This document shows, in pieces, positions 23,641-37,329 of a stretch of 64,000 nt of DNA; the stretch's first letter is position 1; each line of letters opens with the position of its first letter. The DNA lies in assembly GCF_001194135.2 (NCBI RefSeq), contig NC_069004.1, positions 12,053,902 through 12,117,901 of the forward strand, read 5' to 3'. The position numbers and the translations under genes were made by a program. The notes under the pieces are model-generated. The model was not told the DNA's origin, ran no database searches, and saw nothing but the letters and a program-made list of their open reading frames with translations. This DNA is from Octopus bimaculoides (lineage: Eukaryota).

Positions 23641-24263
23641 GCACTGGGGAGTAAACCTTTGTTAAAAAACAACCTACCCTCTTATTTGTGGGCCTTGGTT
23701 GAAGTTATTTTCTTTAAGTACTCCACATGTTAACGGTGGGAGTGAAACACACGTGATCTTGATTTGAAACCCCTAACTCCAGCATCTGCCCACCAGAGTT
23801 ACACCTCTTTTTTCTTTTTCTCCCCCCTTTTCACATCTGTAACCCATACCTTGAAGATCCATTATAAAGTCTTCATCCAGTTGCATATTAATTAATAACA
23901 GAGCAAGAAGTCTTATGTTTATAAATTTATTTATAATTTCGTGATTAAACGAATATGATATGCATATTTTCCTTAATCAAGGTATATTTTCTCGTTATTT
24001 CAGCCCGTAGACATTTTAGACTAGTAATTAATATTACTAATAGTGCTCTACAGGAAAATAAGAAACATTTGGTGCTTCCTTATCAGATGTTGGCGTTGCT
24101 GCTTCTGAAAGTTGTGAATCATTTACAAGTCACCGCCAAGTCATGTTATCCAATACCTTAACGTTTTGTTTATTTATTTAATAACCATTTTTACATTAAC
24201 CCAAACTGCCTTCAGAATTTGGTATAAGTTTTCTTTTTTTATTCATTTATATATATATGTATG

Positions 24264-24324
<61 letters not shown>

Positions 24325-25109
24325 AAATGTCGAATGATGAAAATGAGTGAAAACATATATATATATATATATATATATANNNNNNNNNNNNNNNNNNNNN
24401 NNNNNNNNNNNNNNNNNNNNNNNNNNNNNNNNNNNNNNNNNNNNNNNNNNNNNNNNNNNNNNNNNNNNNNNNNNNNNNNNNNNNNNNNNNNNNNNNNNNN
24501 NNNNNNNNNNNNNNNNNNNNNNNNNNNNNNNNTTTTTTTAAAGCTGAATTAATTATTAAGCGAAGTTTGAGTTAATTACCAGTTTGGAAGAATTTTGAGC
24601 TTAAAATGTGGTCTTCTGCAAGTTAATTTGATGAAGAACGGAATTAATGGTAGAGAACCATCTCAGAGACTAACAAACAGCAAATGAGCCAGAATGAAAG
24701 AGCTTCTATATGGTTGCAGAACATGCTAGAAATAACAACTAAATCTCCCTCATATCAAATTTTTAAAAAGGAAACGCATCAATCTATTGCCTCTGATCCC
24801 TTTTCACTCCAATATAACTACTTACTTTGTGTGAGTGTGTGTGTGTGTGTGTGTGTGTAATAGCATGACAAGAGAAATAGTATAATGAAATTTATTTATA
24901 AGAAAATTCAAATATCATGATAAACTTTTTCGTAACGTAAAGCATGTAAATATAATTTATTTTATTTAACTTTATACACACCTTATCGGTTTCTCTTGTA
25001 TATTACTATATATTCTTGATGTTTTAAAGAATGATATATTAAGGAACTTTTTTTATGACTACTACCGGATTACTTGAATCCATACAGTGTGACTTAAATT
25101 CATATATAC

Positions 25110-25500
25110 ATATATATCTTTTACTCATTTTAGTCATTAGACTGTGGCCATGCTGGGGCATCACCTTGAAGAATTTTTAGCTAAATGAAATCAACCCCAG
25201 TACTTATTTTTAAGCCTGGTACCTATTCTAATGGTCTCTTTTGCTGAACTACTCAATTATGGGGATATAAACACACCAACACCGGTTGTCAAGCCATGGT
25301 GGAGGACAAACATACACAAAAGCACACACGCACACACATATATATATACAATGTACTTCTTTCAGTTTTCATTTACCAAATAAACTCACAAGACTTTATT
25401 TGGCCTAAGGTTACAGTAGAAGACACTTTCCCCAGGTGCCATGCAGTGGGACTGAACCTGGAACCATGTGGTCGGAAAGCAAGCTTCTTATCACACAGGC
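25110..25500 (-). mobile_element. SINE family A
   Basis: Full reverse-complement match from tail to head. Confidence 0.85.
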
Positions 25501-25734
25501 ACGCATACAAACATGCACACATCATTTACTTCCACTTTCAATGGTAGCATGGGTTTGATGAGTTATTACACTCTAAATCGGTTCTTATTTATAATTTGAA
25601 CCTATGTTTGTCTCTTTGTTTGGCTAGCTGTCTGCTTGTCTATCTGTCTGCCTGTCTGTCTAGATATTTATCTACCTGTCGGTCTGTCTAACTGGCTATC
25701 TTTCTGTTTGTCTGTACATTTACATATGTGTGTG

Positions 25735-26068
25735 AAGGCACATGGCTCAGTGGTTAGAGCGCCGAGCTTACAACCGTGAGGTAGTGAGTTTAAATCCCGG
25801 ACCGGACTGCATGTTGTATTCTTGAGCAAGACACTTTATTTCGCATTGCTCCAGTTCACTCAGTTGCAGAAAGGAGTTGCAATATCACAGGTGCCAAGCT
25901 GTATCGGCCCCTTTGCCTTTCCCTTGGATGACATCGGTGGTGTGGAGAGGGGAGGCTGGTGTGCATGGGCAACTGCTGGTCTTCCATAAACAATCTTGCC
26001 CGGACTTGAGCCTTGGAGGGTAGCTTTCTTGGTGCAATCCATAGTCATTTGTGACCGAAGGAGGTCTC
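25735..26068 (+). mobile_element. SINE family D
   Basis: ggcacatggctcagtggttagagcg...gaccgaaggaggtct. Confidence 0.9.
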
Positions 26069-26129
26069 CACATATATGTGTGTATATACATTAAGCATGC
26101 ATGTGTGCATATCTATGTATGTATGTATG

Positions 26130-26184
<55 letters not shown>

Positions 26185-27146
26185 TTATTTTTCAAAGATG
26201 TGTATTGATGAAAAATAGAAGCCCTTTTGAGAAAACTGATAAACAAATGCTTTCAGTAACATTCCATGTCATGTTTGTTCTGCCCAAATTACACAGACAA
26301 TCCCTTACCATCCTCCTCATTGTAAATACAGTGAACTATAGATCAATCAGTCCACCAGAAAACTGTATTCACTGCTACTTCCATTCACACCCATTGTGAT
26401 ATAAAATAAAATAATCTTTGACTTAACCCCGGAAATAATTCAAGAGAAAATCAATTTAGAGGCATCATCAACACATCTTCTGGGGAGAAACTAGTCTTTA
26501 AAGGTAAACCTCAATATTAGAAGATAATAATAGCTGATAACTGGAAAATTTCTTGGTGATTCTGATGGAATATTTAATGGAAAATCCCATTAGCCTGTAC
26601 ATCAGGAAATCCATATAATAATAATGATGATGATGATCATAATAATAATAGTAATAATAATAATAATAATATAAACGTTATTTGGCACCTTACCTAACGA
26701 GGTTGTATGTATTTCTGAAAGGTAAGGGAAAAGATGTTATTTATAGTTCAGCCAAATTTTGCCAAAATATTGGTAACTCACAGAATTAATTTAGAAATTG
26801 ATGAGAAAAAAACACCTGCTTCTCTGCAAGAAGTTCCAAAAATAGTCTCTGAAGTAATAAAAGAACATTTCCAGGAACTGATTGGATTCGGTGATGTTTC
26901 CAGAAACGAAGTCTTAATTTATAATATTGGTTAAGCTTCCGTATTACCATTCCATAAGAAATTACTCAATACCATTCCACCACATGTGTCTGCATGCATA
27001 CGTTCTTGTCAAAAGAAATTATAATTTGATGTAGGGTCTCTCTGATCTCTGCTCACCAAACATGGCATTCCCAATCAAAGCATCTCTTGCTTGTCCCTCC
27101 TATTATTATTATGATGATGATAATAATAGGAGGATTATAGATGGAT

Positions 27147-27473
27147 GGAGGTGCAATGGCCCAGTGGTTAGGGCAGCGGACTCGCGGTCTCGATTCCCAG
27201 ACCGGGCGTTGTGAGTGTTTATTGAGCGAAAACACCTAAAGCTCCACGAGGCTCCGGCAGGGGATGGTGGCGAACCCTGCTGTATTCTTTCACCGCAACT
27301 TTCTCTCACTCTTACTTCCTGTTTCTGTTGTGCCTGTAATTCAAAGGGTCAGCCTTGTCACACTCTGTGTCACGCTGAATATCCCCGAGAACTACGTTAA
27401 GGGTATACGTGCCTGTGGAGTGCTCAGCTACTTGCACGTTAATTTCACGAGCAGGCTGTTCCGTTGATCGGAT
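27147..27473 (+). mobile_element. tRNA-derived SINE family E, young copy truncated by N-gap
   Basis: ggaggtgcaatggcccagtggttagggcagcggactcgcgg head; CpGs retained; fragments elsewhere in window. Confidence 0.85.
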
Positions 27474-28029
27474 NNNNNNNNNNNNNNNNNNNNNNNNNNN
27501 NNNNNNNNNNNNNNNNNNNNNNNNNNNNNNNNNNNNNNNNNNNNNNNNNNNNNNNNNNNNNNNNNNNNNNNNNNNNNNNNNNNNNNNNNNNNNNNNNNNN
27601 NNNNNNNNNNNNNNNNNNNNNNNNNNNNNNNNNNNNNNNNNNNNNNNNNNNNNNNNNNNNNNNNNNNNNNNNNNNNNNNNNNNNNNNNNNNNNNNNNNNN
27701 NNNNNNNNNNNNNNNNNNNNNNNNNNNNNNNNNNNNNNNNNNNNNNNNNNNNNNNNNNNNNNNNNNNNNNNNNNNNNNNNNNNNNNNNNNNNNNNNNNNN
27801 NNNNNNNNNNNNNNNNNNNNNNNNNNNNNNNNNNNNNNNNNNNNNNNNNNNNNNNNNNNNNNNNNNNNTATATAACGTGGGTAGCTGATGAAGTAGAATG
27901 TTCTCTATGTGGCTCGTGTGTTCTCGTCTACGATTGTTTGCAATGTCCTGTACCCAGATATGCACCTATACATACAGGTGGATGTCGGTATGCACATACC
28001 TGTACGTATATATGCATATACTCATTTAC

Positions 28030-28068
<39 letters not shown>

Positions 28069-29334
28069 AGCCTACTCTTAATTCTATAGATTTTTTTTCT
28101 ATTTCACAGACTAAATAGTAACATTCAATAGAAGTCTAAGTGCTATATTGTAAACTAGTTTCAATCCGGTATTGTTGTTGTTGCTGTTCTATATATTCTG
28201 TAGCTGATAGTTCTGTGATAATTGTATAAATTTGTCAGCAACAAACGAAAATAGTATCAGAACAAAATATTCGCCTTTAATAAGCAGTAGAAAGTTGAAG
28301 ACTCTAATAGCTACCTACTTGTTGCAAAGCCATATTGGACTGTCAGCTGCTTGTTAGAAGAGTGAGTTCTTCATTGATTTCCTTTCCACACTTTCCTTAC
28401 TTTTGTCTTGCAGCTTTTAATAACTCCATTATTTTCCTTTGTCAGTCTTCTTCATTTTCTTCCGTGAATCTTCTGTCTTTCTCCCTTCTCTAATCTTAAC
28501 TCCATTAAAGTTCAACATCTTTCATGGTTGCTGTCTTTAACCCTGTTCTACATTTCCACCATTAACTTACCATTCTTATCAAATCGGCGCCAACACTGTC
28601 ACCTGTCAACATTGTCTTGGATTTCTTACCACAAATCTTTTATTCTTTTATTCTTTTAATTGTCTCAGGCATTTTTGACTGCAGCCACGTTGAAGGGTTT
28701 TATTCGAACAAATCAACCCCAGGACTTATTTTTTAAAGCCTGGTACTTATTCTATTGGTGTCTTTTGCTGAACTGCTAAGTTAGAGATTTATACATACCA
28801 ACACCGGTTGTTGAACAGTGATGGGTGACAAACACAGACCCAAAGTCAGATGTACATATATTTAAATATAATAGTGTGGATTTTTTACATGCTAGAAAGG
28901 GCAGTCAAACCCAAAACCACGAGAAAACATTCTTACATTAAAGCACATTGTTTGTATGTGAGCAAGACATTTGAGTGAATAAAAATTTCAGTCAACCTTA
29001 TACCCATGTGTTGCATGCGGCAGCAGCTCAACCCATTATATTACTGGTACTTCAATTCTATGATGGAGTCTCTCTATACAGTTTGCTGACCTTCCAGAAA
29101 TAGCAGCTAAATTTCCTTCATATTACATTCCTAATTTTTTTTTGTTGGAAGAGGACAGATGGTCATATTTGGAAGGTTTTTTGATCATAGATCTTGATAA
29201 GAATTAAATACATATTTAAAATAGATCAGTGAAATTAGTGCTGTAGGAACCAACTTTACCATTATTTGATGTAGAGGTACATAACTATGGACCATAGGAC
29301 AGTGGGTTCACTTTCTATCTGAGCGCACACACGC

Positions 29335-29727
29335 ACACACATTGACTGTGTGGTAAGAGGCTTGCTTCCCAATCACGTGGTTCTGGGTTCAGTTTCACTG
29401 CGTGGTACCCTGGGCAAGTGTCTTCTGTTATAGCTTCAAGCTGACTAAAACCTTGTGATTTGGTAGATGGAAACTGAAAGAAGCCTGTTGTATGTGTATA
29501 TATGTGTGTGTGTGTCCTACCATTGCTTGACAACTGGTGTTGGTATGTTTATGTCCCCTGTAACTTAGTGGTTTGGTAAAAGTGACTGATAGAATAAGTA
29601 CCAGGCCTTTGAAAAAAAGAAAGATAATAATAAATAAGTACTGGGGTTGATTTGGTTGACTAAAATTCTTCAAAGCGGTGCTCCAGCATGGCCACAGTCT
29701 AATGACAGAAACAAGTAAAAGATTAAA
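29335..29727 (+). mobile_element. SINE family A
   Basis: Head, internal (TG)n and tail match the other copies. Confidence 0.85.
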
Positions 29728-29731
29728 GATA

Positions 29732-29780
<49 letters not shown>

Positions 29781-29876
29781 ACATACACACTGTCCAATCC
29801 ATGCCAGCATGAAAAACAGANNNNNNNNNNCAATCCATGCCAGCATGAAAAACAGACATTAAAAAAATGATGATGA

Positions 29877-29922
<46 letters not shown>

Positions 29923-30127
29923 ACACACATTTAGAGAAATAATATAATTCTTCTCTATTTCTAATTTATTAATATGATATATCATCTAAAGTTGAATGCA
30001 TCATTTGAGATTTGAATAAGAAACCTCGCCGCTAACATATCTGGGACAAATTCTCTATAAACAGACAGATCTATGGTATTATAGCACCATCGTTGGAAAT
30101 ATTAACACCATTTTCAGTGTTAGCGTT

Positions 30128-30158
<31 letters not shown>

Positions 30159-31008
30159 TGTTAGTGTGTGTATGTGTGTACATGTTTGTGTGTATATGTG
30201 TGTATTGTTTGTGAGTGTTAGTGTGTGTGTTTGTGAGTGTGTGTATGTAAGTGTATATGTTTGTGTGTTAGCGTTTGTATGTTAATGTCTGTGTTTATGT
30301 GTTTGTGAGTGTGTGTATGTAAGTGTATATGTTTGTGTATGTTAGTGTTTCTGTGTTAATGTCTGTATTTATGTGTGTGTGTGTGTGTTTGTGAGTGTGT
30401 GCATGTTACTGTGTGTGAATGTGTGTATGAGTGCATGTCAGTGTGTTCATGTGTGTTTTCAAAGATGAATTACGTCGGAGTTCCTGCGGCTTTTAAGCAA
30501 TAAATTTAAAATTACACTGTAAAGATATTTGGGGGGTTATTTCAGGGGTTTATTTACCAGTGTCCTTATTCTCTGCCAAAAGAAGTCATCAGCACCACCA
30601 TGCTCTAAATGTCAGCCGGTCGTTAAGTGATATCTCAAATCTCAGTTCCATTCTGCTGCTAGATTTGGTTTAATTTGATTACTACTGGGACATCATCAAA
30701 CTGTTATTATATTTGGCTCCTTCCAAATTGACACTTCACCATTTTACTGTCTTTTAGTTGAGACAAATGAGAAGGAAATATCTTTTACTCCATGCTTTAT
30801 TTATTTATTTATTCATTTATTGCTCCCCCCCTCTTTCATCGTACTGTTTGTGTGTGTGTAGGTGGAGGCATGGCTGTGTGGTTAAGAAGCTAACTTTGCA
30901 ACCACGTAGCTTTAAGTTCAGTCCCACTGTATAGAACTTTGTTTTCTACTACAGCTCCAGGCCAGCTGTTGCTTTATGAGAGAATTTGGTCGGCAGAAAC
31001 TGTAGGGA

Positions 31009-31236
31009 AGCGGTGAGCTGGTAGAAACGTTAGCACGCCAGTCGAAATGCTTAGCAGTATTTCATCTGTCTTTACGTTCTGAGTTCAAATTCCGCCGAGG
31101 TCGACTTTGCCTTGCATCCTTTCAGGGTAGATGAATTAAGTACCAGTTACGCACTGGGGTCGACGTAATCGACTTAATCCCTTTGTCTGTCCTTGTTTGT
31201 CCCCTCTATTTTTAGCCCCTTGTGAGCAATAAAGAA
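31009..31236 (+). mobile_element. SINE family B, full length
   Basis: gcggtgagctggtagaaacgttagcacg...gccccttgtgagcaataaagaaa; a second partial head follows to ~31330. Confidence 0.9.
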
Positions 31237-31996
31237 AAAAAGAATTGTTAGCACGGCAGGCAAAATGCTCAGCAGCATTTTGTCTGTCTTCACATTCTGA
31301 GTTCAAATTCCACCAAGGTTGACTTTGCTTTTGTTGAAATATATATGGAAGCATGTAATGACCACGTTTATATTTAGGAGAAAATCTACAGTGATTACAC
31401 ACATACACAAGAGCACAAACACACACACAAAGCTCTCTCTCTCTCTCTCTCACACACACAGACACACAAACACACAAACACATACACACACACAAAGCAC
31501 ACATAGACAGACAAGCTCTCTCTCTCACACAAACACAAGCACACACACACACACACACACACAAACAAGCAAACATACATAAATATATATGGAGACAGGC
31601 ACAAACACATGCACACAAACATACATGGAAACAAGTATACACACACACAGGCACATGGACAGGTATACATATACAAACAAGCACATACAGACAAACGCAC
31701 ACACATACAAACACACATGAATGTGTAACCATGGTGAATATATAATTGTCCTAAGGCTATCTCTTTCAAACAAGTCTTTCACAAAATGAACGAAGAGCAG
31801 CACAGCTCATGTCCCTGAGCCAAAATACAGAAATTTCTAGTACAGAAGAAACAAGGTTCCGAAAAAAGTAAGCACTGAGATTACATATATATACGTATAC
31901 AGCAATCAGATGTTTCTGCGAGTGATTGAACAATGTTACAATTTGTTACTGAGTTAATAAGGATTGAAAGAACAGAGATTCTGTGGAAATCTTTAA

Positions 31997-32214
31997 CCCT
32001 TTTGTTACTAACCCGGCTGAAACTGGCTCTGGCTCTGTAGTACAAATGTCTTGTTTTTATAAGTTTTGAATTAAAATCTTCCACCAAACCTTAGTCACAA
32101 TGTTCCTAACACCAGCTTAATGATAACTAGGTTATTTTACTAAATTCTTTGTTATATTTAAAATTAATTGAAAGAAACACAGAGCATCTCGAAATAAATA
32201 TGGTAACAAAAGGG
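31997..32214. mobile_element. piggyBac-type MITE
   Basis: TTAA at 31993-31996 and 32215-32218; perfect 12-bp TIRs cccttttgttac / gtaacaaaaggg; related fragment at ~22305-22400. Confidence 0.85.
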
Positions 32215-32511
32215 TTAAATGCAAAAAATTTATTTTTTTTGTCAACAGCTAAATGCTGTTGTTACTACAAACAACAAAGAAAAGGCATTTACACAAGTAA
32301 GACAGCTGGAAGTTCCTATGAGATGTCATAGGATCGAGTATGACAGTAGTCGCCGTCAAGTGCTAGGCTGTGTTGCTGCCATCTTTGTTGACCATTGTCT
32401 TGGAGCTATGGACACTGCTCTGGCCTGCTTTCTGCTTCACTGCAGTCTAGTGGCTACAATGTACTGAATATATAGTGATGTCCTTTTCAGAAAAAAGTGG
32501 GCCAACTAAGA

Positions 32512-33010
32512 ACATAACGGCAGATGAAATACTGCTAAGCATTTCGCCCAGCATGCTAACGTTTCTGCCAGCTCGCCGCCTTTGGCTTCAAATTTTAGCA
32601 CAAGGCCTTCAATTTCAGGGGAGGAGATAAGTCAATTGACTCCAAAAGAATGAAAAGCAAAGTGGACCTTGGCAGAATTTGAACTCAGAACGTAAAGATG
32701 AACAAAATGCCAATAAGCATTTTGTCCAGCATACTACTACCGCAAGTCCGCTGCCCTAACCACTGGGCCATTGCGCCTCCACCAATCCAGCATCATTATA
32801 AACAATAATAATCCTTCTCTCTACTATAGGTATAATGCCTGAAATTTTGGGGTGGGGAAGAAACAAATTGATTTCATTGCCTCCCCCTTTCCCAGTACTG
32901 GGTGGATACTCATAAAATCCTACCCACCAAAAAAAGGGGATGAAAGGTGAAGCCAGTCTCAACGGAATTTGAACTCAGAATGTAAAAGATGGAGAAAATG
33001 CTGCTAAGCA
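32512..33010 (-). mobile_element. Cluster of SINE B fragments plus one SINE E head (~32750-32782)
   Basis: Repeated gaatttgaactcagaa cores and gcattt...gctaac heads. Confidence 0.75.
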
Positions 33011-33409
33011 TCATATTACAATTACTGCTACTAATAATAGCAGCAGCAACAATAATGGGAAAAAAAAGGCATTGGAGGTGCGATGAACACCCTGCGTGTA
33101 CACAAGGATAAAATAAAGTTTAATTTCATAGATATATTCTCAGATGAATTCATATTTCAACAAAATGACATCAAGAGTTATTTCCCCCTGCTTATTGGTT
33201 ATGCATATGTAACAAAGAAAAAAAAGAAACATTTTGATTCACCTGTCTGCCAAAATTTAATGAGTTCAAGCCACTCACCCAATGAGTATATCTGCCAAAT
33301 GTGGTGAAAATTCATTCAACCGTTTTCCAGTAATTTTGCAAACACACAGACAAAGACAAGCAACTACAATACCCTGCTTTCACTTATGTGCGCAGGGTAA
33401 TGATTGCTG

Positions 33410-33785
33410 TTGAGCTGGCAGAATCATTAGCACGCTGGACGAAATGCTTAAGGGTATTTCGCCCATAGCTATGTTCTGAGTTCAAATTCTGCTGAGGTCA
33501 ACTTTGCCTTTCATCGTTTTGGGGTCGTTAAATTAAGTACCAGTATCCCTATCCCTAAAATTTCTGGCCTTGTGCCTACAGTAACAGAAATTGTTAGCAT
33601 GCTGGGCAAAATGCTTAGCAGCATTTCATCTGTCTTCACATTCTGAGTTCAAATCCTGCTGAAGTCCACTCTGCCTGTCATTCTTTTGGGGTCGATAGAA
33701 TAAGCACCAGTTGAGCGCATGGTTGATCTAATTGATTTGGCTCCTTCCCTGAAATTTCTAGCCTTGTGCCAAAACTTTGAAACCA
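33410..33785 (+). mobile_element. Two tandem SINE B copies
   Basis: ttctgagttcaaat core at ~33475 and ~33642. Confidence 0.8.
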
Positions 33786-34654
33786 TTATCATCATTATTG
33801 TTACTCTATTGTAGAATTTCTTCTTTTCCATTGATACCCAACAAAAATCGTACATGTTAAACTTGTATTTGTTATGTGAACAATATATTTTGTCTCTTCT
33901 ATATACGTCTTATCTAAAACAGCATTTTCTACATTAACAGCTCTGATATTTATTAAGATTTTTGGATTTTCTTAACTAAGATTCTGAGAAAAAGACAAGC
34001 ACATTTTTATCTTTTACATTCAATTTCTCACAAACTTTTTTTTTTTTCCTTCCTTGGCATTTTTCTTTAAAACTCCAACTTAGAATCTTTCATTAAGAAT
34101 CATTATTTTAATTGGTTATTTCTTTAAGTTGCAGAGTAATTGGTATTACCACTCAACCCCTCATCTTCCCTAATTTGTTCCTCAGCTAAGAGTGGGCTGC
34201 AATGAGATTAAATTAATATTCTATTCAATATATGTGTTTCAAATGATATTTCTTACTTTTGATTGCATGCCTTCATTCTTGGAAATAAAATCTGTCTCTA
34301 GTCGGAGCTAATGAGTAATTATTATTCATATGTAAATCTTAAAACGACTTAATTTACTTGATGCCACCCTATCTCTGAAATATCTAGATAGAACTGACAA
34401 TATTTATTTAGTCACAGATATGTTTCATCAGGGATTAAAAACACACTTAAATAAACCACAATTCGGGTAGAGTTCTTTGAAAAAAGTCTAATGTATTTTG
34501 GATTTTATTTCCTCATCATTGCAGAGCTTCTCTTCCTGATATATAAACTCCAGAACTATTTTTAGAAATAGTCAGCTGATATTTTATGTCAGTTTTATAG
34601 TAATATATCATATTAAAATTTAATTTTAATATTTTATACTAATATATGATATTG

Positions 34655-35298
34655 ACTTCAAATTTTGACATAAGGCCAAAACTTTTTTGGGGGAGGGGGC
34701 TAAGTTGATTGCATTCACCCCCAGTGCTCAGCTGGTACTTATTTTATTGACCCCAAAAAGATGAAAGGAAAGTTGACCTTGGCAGAATTTGAACTCAGAA
34801 CATAGACAAACAAAATGCCACTAAGCATTTTGTCGAGAAGTGCTAACGATTCTCTCAGCTTGCTGCTTTCCTAATAATAATAAACTCATCATCATCATCA
34901 TCATCATCGTTTAACGTCCGCTTTCCAAGCTAGCATCGGTTGGACGATTTGACTGAGGACTGGCAAGCCAGAAGGCTGCACCAGGCTCCAATCTGATCTG
35001 GCAGAGTTTCTACAGCTGGATGCCCTTCCTAACGCCAGATCATCTTAAAATTTTATCCTATCATTTTATACTATTATATGATATTGATTTCAAATTGTGG
35101 CATTAGGCCAGCAATTTGGAAGGGGTTAAGTCAATTACATTGACCCCAGTGTTCAACTGGTTCTGTTTTATTGATCCCCTTGAAAGGATGAAAGGCAAAG
35201 TTAACATTAGTGGAATTTGAACTCAGAATGTAAAGGCAAACAAATGCTACCAGATATTTTGTCCAGGGTGCTCACAGTTCTGCCAGCCTGCTGCCTTG
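34655..35298 (-). mobile_element. SINE B, RTE 3' UTR fragment (34888-35038) and SINE B
   Basis: Three consecutive minus-strand repeats recognisable from the other copies. Confidence 0.8.
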
Positions 35299-35376
35299 AT
35301 AGTAATAAATAATCTTAAAATTTTATTTTATCATTTTACACTAATATATAGAATTGATTTTAAATTTTGAAACAAG

Positions 35377-35540
35377 GCACAGGAATGGCTGTATGGTAAA
35401 CAGCTTGCTTAACAACCACATGGTTCCGGGTTCATTCCCACTGTGTGGCACCTTGGGCAAGTGTCTTCTACTATAGCCTCAGGCCGGCCAAAGCCTTGTG
35501 AGTGGATTTGGTAGACGGAAACTGAAAGAAGCCCGTCGTA

Positions 35541-35577
<37 letters not shown>

Positions 35578-36276
35578 NNNNNNNNNNNNNNNNNNNNNNN
35601 NNNNNNNNNNNNNNNNNNNNNNNNNNNNNNNNNNNNNNNNNNNNNNNNNNNNNNNNNNNNNNNNNNNNNNNNNNNNNNNNNNNNNNNNNNNNNNNNNNNN
35701 NNNNNNNNNNNNNNNNNNNNNNNNNNNNNNNNNNNNNNNNNNNNNNNNNNNNNNNNNNNNNNNNNNNNNNNNNNNNNNNNNNNNNNNNNNNNNNNNNNNN
35801 NNNNNNNNNNNNNNNNNNNNNNNNNNNNNNNNNNNNNNNNNTATATGTATGTATGTGTGTGTATATGATTGTGTGTCTGTGTTTGTTCCCCCAACATTGC
35901 TTGACAACCGATGCTGGTGTGTTTATGTCCCCGTAACTTAGCGGTTCGGCAAAAGAGACTGAAAGAATAAGTACTAGGCATCCAAAGAATAAGTCCTGGG
36001 GTCGATTTGCTCAACTAAAGGCGGTGCTCCAGCATGGCCACAGTCAAATGACTGAAACAAATAAAAAAGTAAAAGAGTAAGGCCAGTAGTTTGGAAGGAA
36101 GGGGTTAAGTCAATTACATCGATCCCAGTGTTCAACTGGTACTTATTTTAGCGACTCTGAAAGGATGAAAAACAAAGTCGGCTTTGGTGGAATTTGAACT
36201 CAGAATGTAAGGATGGATGAAATGCTGTTAAGCATTTTGCCCAACGTGCTAACAATTCTGCCACCTCGCCTCCTTA
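35377..36276. mobile_element. SINE A (+, 35377-36077, gap inside its microsatellite) followed by SINE B (-, 36078-36276)
   Basis: Family matches as above. Confidence 0.85.
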
Positions 36277-36286
36277 AATACTACTA

Positions 36287-36589
36287 TCTACTATAATAAT
36301 ACTCTTGAATGAGAAAGGTAGAGATGATAGATGAATAAGGAAGGAAGAGGTGATGGCAAACTGGTAGTGGTGGGGAGGGGGCGTTTCAACTCTGTGTGAG
36401 TATATGTGTGTGTGTGTGTAAAATGGAGGTATGTGAATGTTTGTGTGTGTAACAAATGATGATCGATGTCACATCTCAAACGACAACCACCAGATAACAT
36501 TGACAAGTGTATTAATTTGATTTACGATCCATATTAATAGATAAAATACGACAATTAGCCGTCATTTTTGACAGCACGGGGCCAGCTAG
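36287..36589 (+). mobile_element. Short non-autonomous Helitron-like element
   Basis: A|TCTACTATAATAA at 36287; hairpin gccgtc-attttt-gacagc (36558-36575), 10 nt, then CTAG|T (36586-36590). Confidence 0.7.
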
Positions 36590-36759
36590 TATAATATTAA
36601 ATTGCAACATCAATGATTTTTCGATCATTGTTTTACTAGATCAGTATCAATAGATAATATGGTACCACAGGGTACCATATTTCTGTGTTGAAATACACTG
36701 CTTTTGTTTCAAGTAATTTTGAGAATCATGAAGAATTTAGTCAAAATAAATTTGTCATA

Positions 36760-37329
36760 GGCGCAGGAGTGGCTGTGTGGTAAGTAGCTTGCTTACCAAC
36801 CACATGGATCCGGGTTCAGTCCCACTGCGGGGCACCTTGGGCAAGTGTCTTCTGCTATAGCCTCGGGCCGACCAAAGCCTTGTGAGTGGATTTGGTAGAC
36901 GGAAACTGAAAGAAGCCTGTCATATATCATCATCATCATCATCATCATCATCATCGTTTAACGTCCGCTTTCCATGCTAGCATGGGTTGGACGACTTGAC
37001 TGAGGACTGGTGCAACCGGATGGCGACACCAGGCTCCAATCTAAATTTGGCAGAGTTTCTACAGCTGGATGCCCTTCCTAACGCCAACCACTCAGAGAGT
37101 GTATATATATATGTGTGTGTTTGTGTGTCTGTGTTTGCCCCCCCCCCAACATTGTTTGACAACCGATGGTGAAGTGTTTATGTCTCCGTAACTTAGCTGT
37201 TCGGCAAAAGAGACCGATAGAATGAGTACTAGGCTTCCAAAGAATAAGTCCTGGGGTCGATTTGCTCGACTAAAAGGCGGTGCTCCAGCATGGCCGCAGT
37301 CAAATGACTGAAACAAGTAAAAGAGTAAA
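36760..37329 (+). mobile_element. SINE family A with a nested antisense RTE 3' UTR fragment (~36928-37102)
   Basis: The SINE is interrupted in its central (TA)n by (cat)n-cgtttaacgtccgctttcc...ctcagagagtg. Confidence 0.9.

Noticed and set aside
26734-26934. 66-aa protein-like ORF (IDEKKTPASLQEVPKIVSEVIKEHFQELIG)
   Set aside because: No homology recognised, weak donor, and the antisense frames are similarly open; worth one tBLASTn but unsupported.
27869-27960. gtagCTGATGAag... as a second hammerhead
   Set aside because: No GAAA core or correctly placed NUH/stem I partner; at most a decayed Penelope-like terminal piece cut by a gap.
34950-34985. CTGAGGA-ctgg-caag-ccag stem in the RTE UTR copies
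   Set aside because: Followed by AAGG rather than GAAA, and antisense to the element.
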